DNA from: a virus
Taxonomy: Duplodnaviria; Caudoviricetes
Virus record (IMG/VR): IMGVR_UViG_3300030389_004728
Location: 1-26,876 of that record
Reading direction: 5' to 3' (one strand)
Length of the DNA: 26,876 nt
Every line of letters begins with the position of its first letter. The stretch's first letter is position 1. Positions 26,801 through 26,876 of the stretch are shown one piece after another. The position numbers and the translations under genes are program-made. Under the pieces are notes generated by a model. The model was not told where the DNA came from. It searched no databases and saw nothing but the letters and a program-made list of their open reading frames with translations.

Positions 26801-26876
26801 ATGCATTAGTTTTTGATAAAGTAGGAAATACAGGATCTACTGTAAGGGCATTTGTTGATTCTGTAAGTAATCCAAA
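20884..26876 (+). CDS. VrlC-like / DUF4815 large virion structural protein, truncated at the window end (at least 1997 aa); not in ORF track
   Basis: ATG 20884: MSQVTNLNIAPYYDDFD...KVLFKPGYPIQSRELTTLQS; later APGADRFKI, LARRTYDESGDY, GKAYVRGYE, KRYTMKDI, DKFKSGFFVDNF, WYDPLAQSF and GSLFKSQNQSTWT. The same frame is still open at the last line (…AFVDSVSNP). Confidence 0.88.
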   Translation, partial: MSQVTNLNIAPYYDDFDASKNYRKVLFKPGYPIQSRELTTLQSILHEQIEKFGQHFFKEGSMVIPGGTIVDLSYFAVRIDPFFLNVPVKEYTKYLADNKIEIQGEISGVKATVVNRITDIESIDQFDTLYLKYTASGDDGVTKKFLDGENLITLSDIEYSNTRITANSTFARTIISDSVKTGSSASISEGIFFIRGYFVQVPSSTVILDQYTNQPSYKVGLTIKEELVSASSLNSDLFDNAKGYSNETAPGADRFKISAVLSKKLLTDNDDSDFVELIRIEDGITKEQVKKTEYNVFKDELARRTYDESGDYYIEPFSVDIRETLNNRIANRGLYFSNQITQNGNTPSDNLFTLQISEGKAYVRGYEIEKTSTTSIDLPKPRTTKSIDDVTLPIKIGNIVVVNNIFGTPQIGFSTFVHLLDKRLTAAQQRDLTGNKIGKARVYDFNQYTGTNYQLRLFDIETFTKVSLASTSSAVVGDHIEGKFSGSAGFVNEQTGTGSVLTLTDVSGEFQINEPILVNGIEVGSNIGTVSDFEFTDIKAIHSDRGIELTGVGATSFAADLELSHGKQVFQTGAEFQITAEHAGISTVTGPSVSDFRSLIKVGDIISYSSGANLTNNVPTFNQVVNVGSSNFTISGIATVTGICDGGGVVASGGASPTDIVVRVPFLSKGSNPGFLIPFKEDNIASLNLLDSNYITRKIFKVNASGEQAVLELSSHGDNLFFEPFSISNYVVTEDSTGNRITLREPQFEFSNNNRTLKINSLGVTGNVTVTATVKRTKFASIAKSITRCSSLIINRSNDTSSGVTTTTLNDGLTFSKVYGTRVQDEEISLDVPEIHRILGIFESDDNNDPNEPFFVVSSQSEGFMNNVIVGEQIIGGESGAVARVTDVTNDTKIKFVYENDKTFEVDELITLQISGIIATISKLNAGDASIIDNFILDNGQRKEFADYGRIIREKNATIPNRRIKIIFDHYSRSGITTNGTVESINSYNTLDYSNEIPTIDGKRASDVIDLRPRVAPYDTSSTKSPFEFGSRDFSASETESLVSNQSVVVDYSYYLGRIDRLYLTKDGLFDVDEGTPSRFPKPPEKNPEAFEIGTITLPPYLLDASTDTRTALKSHKRYTMKDINGLEHRIKTLEEYTTLSLLETDTKNLSIKDPNTGLDKFKSGFFVDNFTSHKKSSMNRGERNFDIDRETGECRPKSTERTVSLKIETKSSKADPVNADYAWITDFQDSNITRNAQGLTLKYDEVEFVNQPFATRVENLNPYHIALYAGSVALEPSVDYWIEEIPLGTPEVFEDTSAWDAMADMYGLEDRENGGMASSFWNSHEVTWSGREELIKTERLNVKRTVNVNTENQPIDGGVRRITTTTTNTKFDEKRTFKEEGEEREFGIEVTPEYQTINLGKKVIGTEIIYNCRSRNIEVTSTRLKPNTKFYVFMDNVDITSYCVPKLLQVSMTRGTFTTGDIVESSIEVTNLRGFAEVPDIMFRVAAENHKTGPFNAPTETYKNDPYTKSALSGSYSSSSTILNIDTAGLSLEVEPDQLGWVRKGMTLSSQNGNAEADISDLSLVTDEKGALTFSLHIPDPKVQSNPKFTTGTNTIRLTTSPTNASKLDPGECSAEATYKASGIAEITQEQILSIKGANIERKQIGDPRIVSRITEDIRAKEESTQRREEDTDWYDPLAQSFLVESKYQDGIFVTGGNLYFKTKDDNVPVTVQIRTMRDGSPTTTIVPFGEMNIDPDDVKLSDDSSVPTPFKFPTPVYLKSGKEYALVLIAPTEKYNHFITRMGEEDLILEAISNQQPYLGSLFKSQNQSTWTPSQFEDLKFTLNKAKFVTNTPSSFIFYNNKLNFGQIRKKNPVTAYSKTQRISIKGAATPTFVKGNEITQTVASVTHTGRIVSIGSSVTESASGLTFEGNTGIGLTSLGSGAAGIATYIGIGASSVTGIGTGLEATIKVQDSSVNTIIVTNGGTGYQVGDALVFDKVGNTGSTVRAFVDSVSNP

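Overview
Segment of an AT-rich T4-like marine cyanomyovirus genome (most similar in organisation to Prochlorococcus/Synechococcus myoviruses; assignment from gene content and order, no database search run). All supported genes are on the + strand. From left to right: a small hypothetical gene; a ~900 bp gene-free region with back-to-back sigma70 consensus promoters, strand-biased short repeats and nested inverted repeats; a block of small genes including a GT-A glycosyltransferase-like gene and three short ORFs missing from the ORF track; then the baseplate module gp25-gp6-gp7 (4356 aa)-gp8 and a VrlC/DUF4815-like virion protein that runs off the right end. The most interesting features are the non-coding region (candidate ncRNAs or origin) and the domains inserted into gp7: an amicyanin-type copper-site motif, a Reelin-repeat-like domain, a CBM-like domain and a split YHYH domain.
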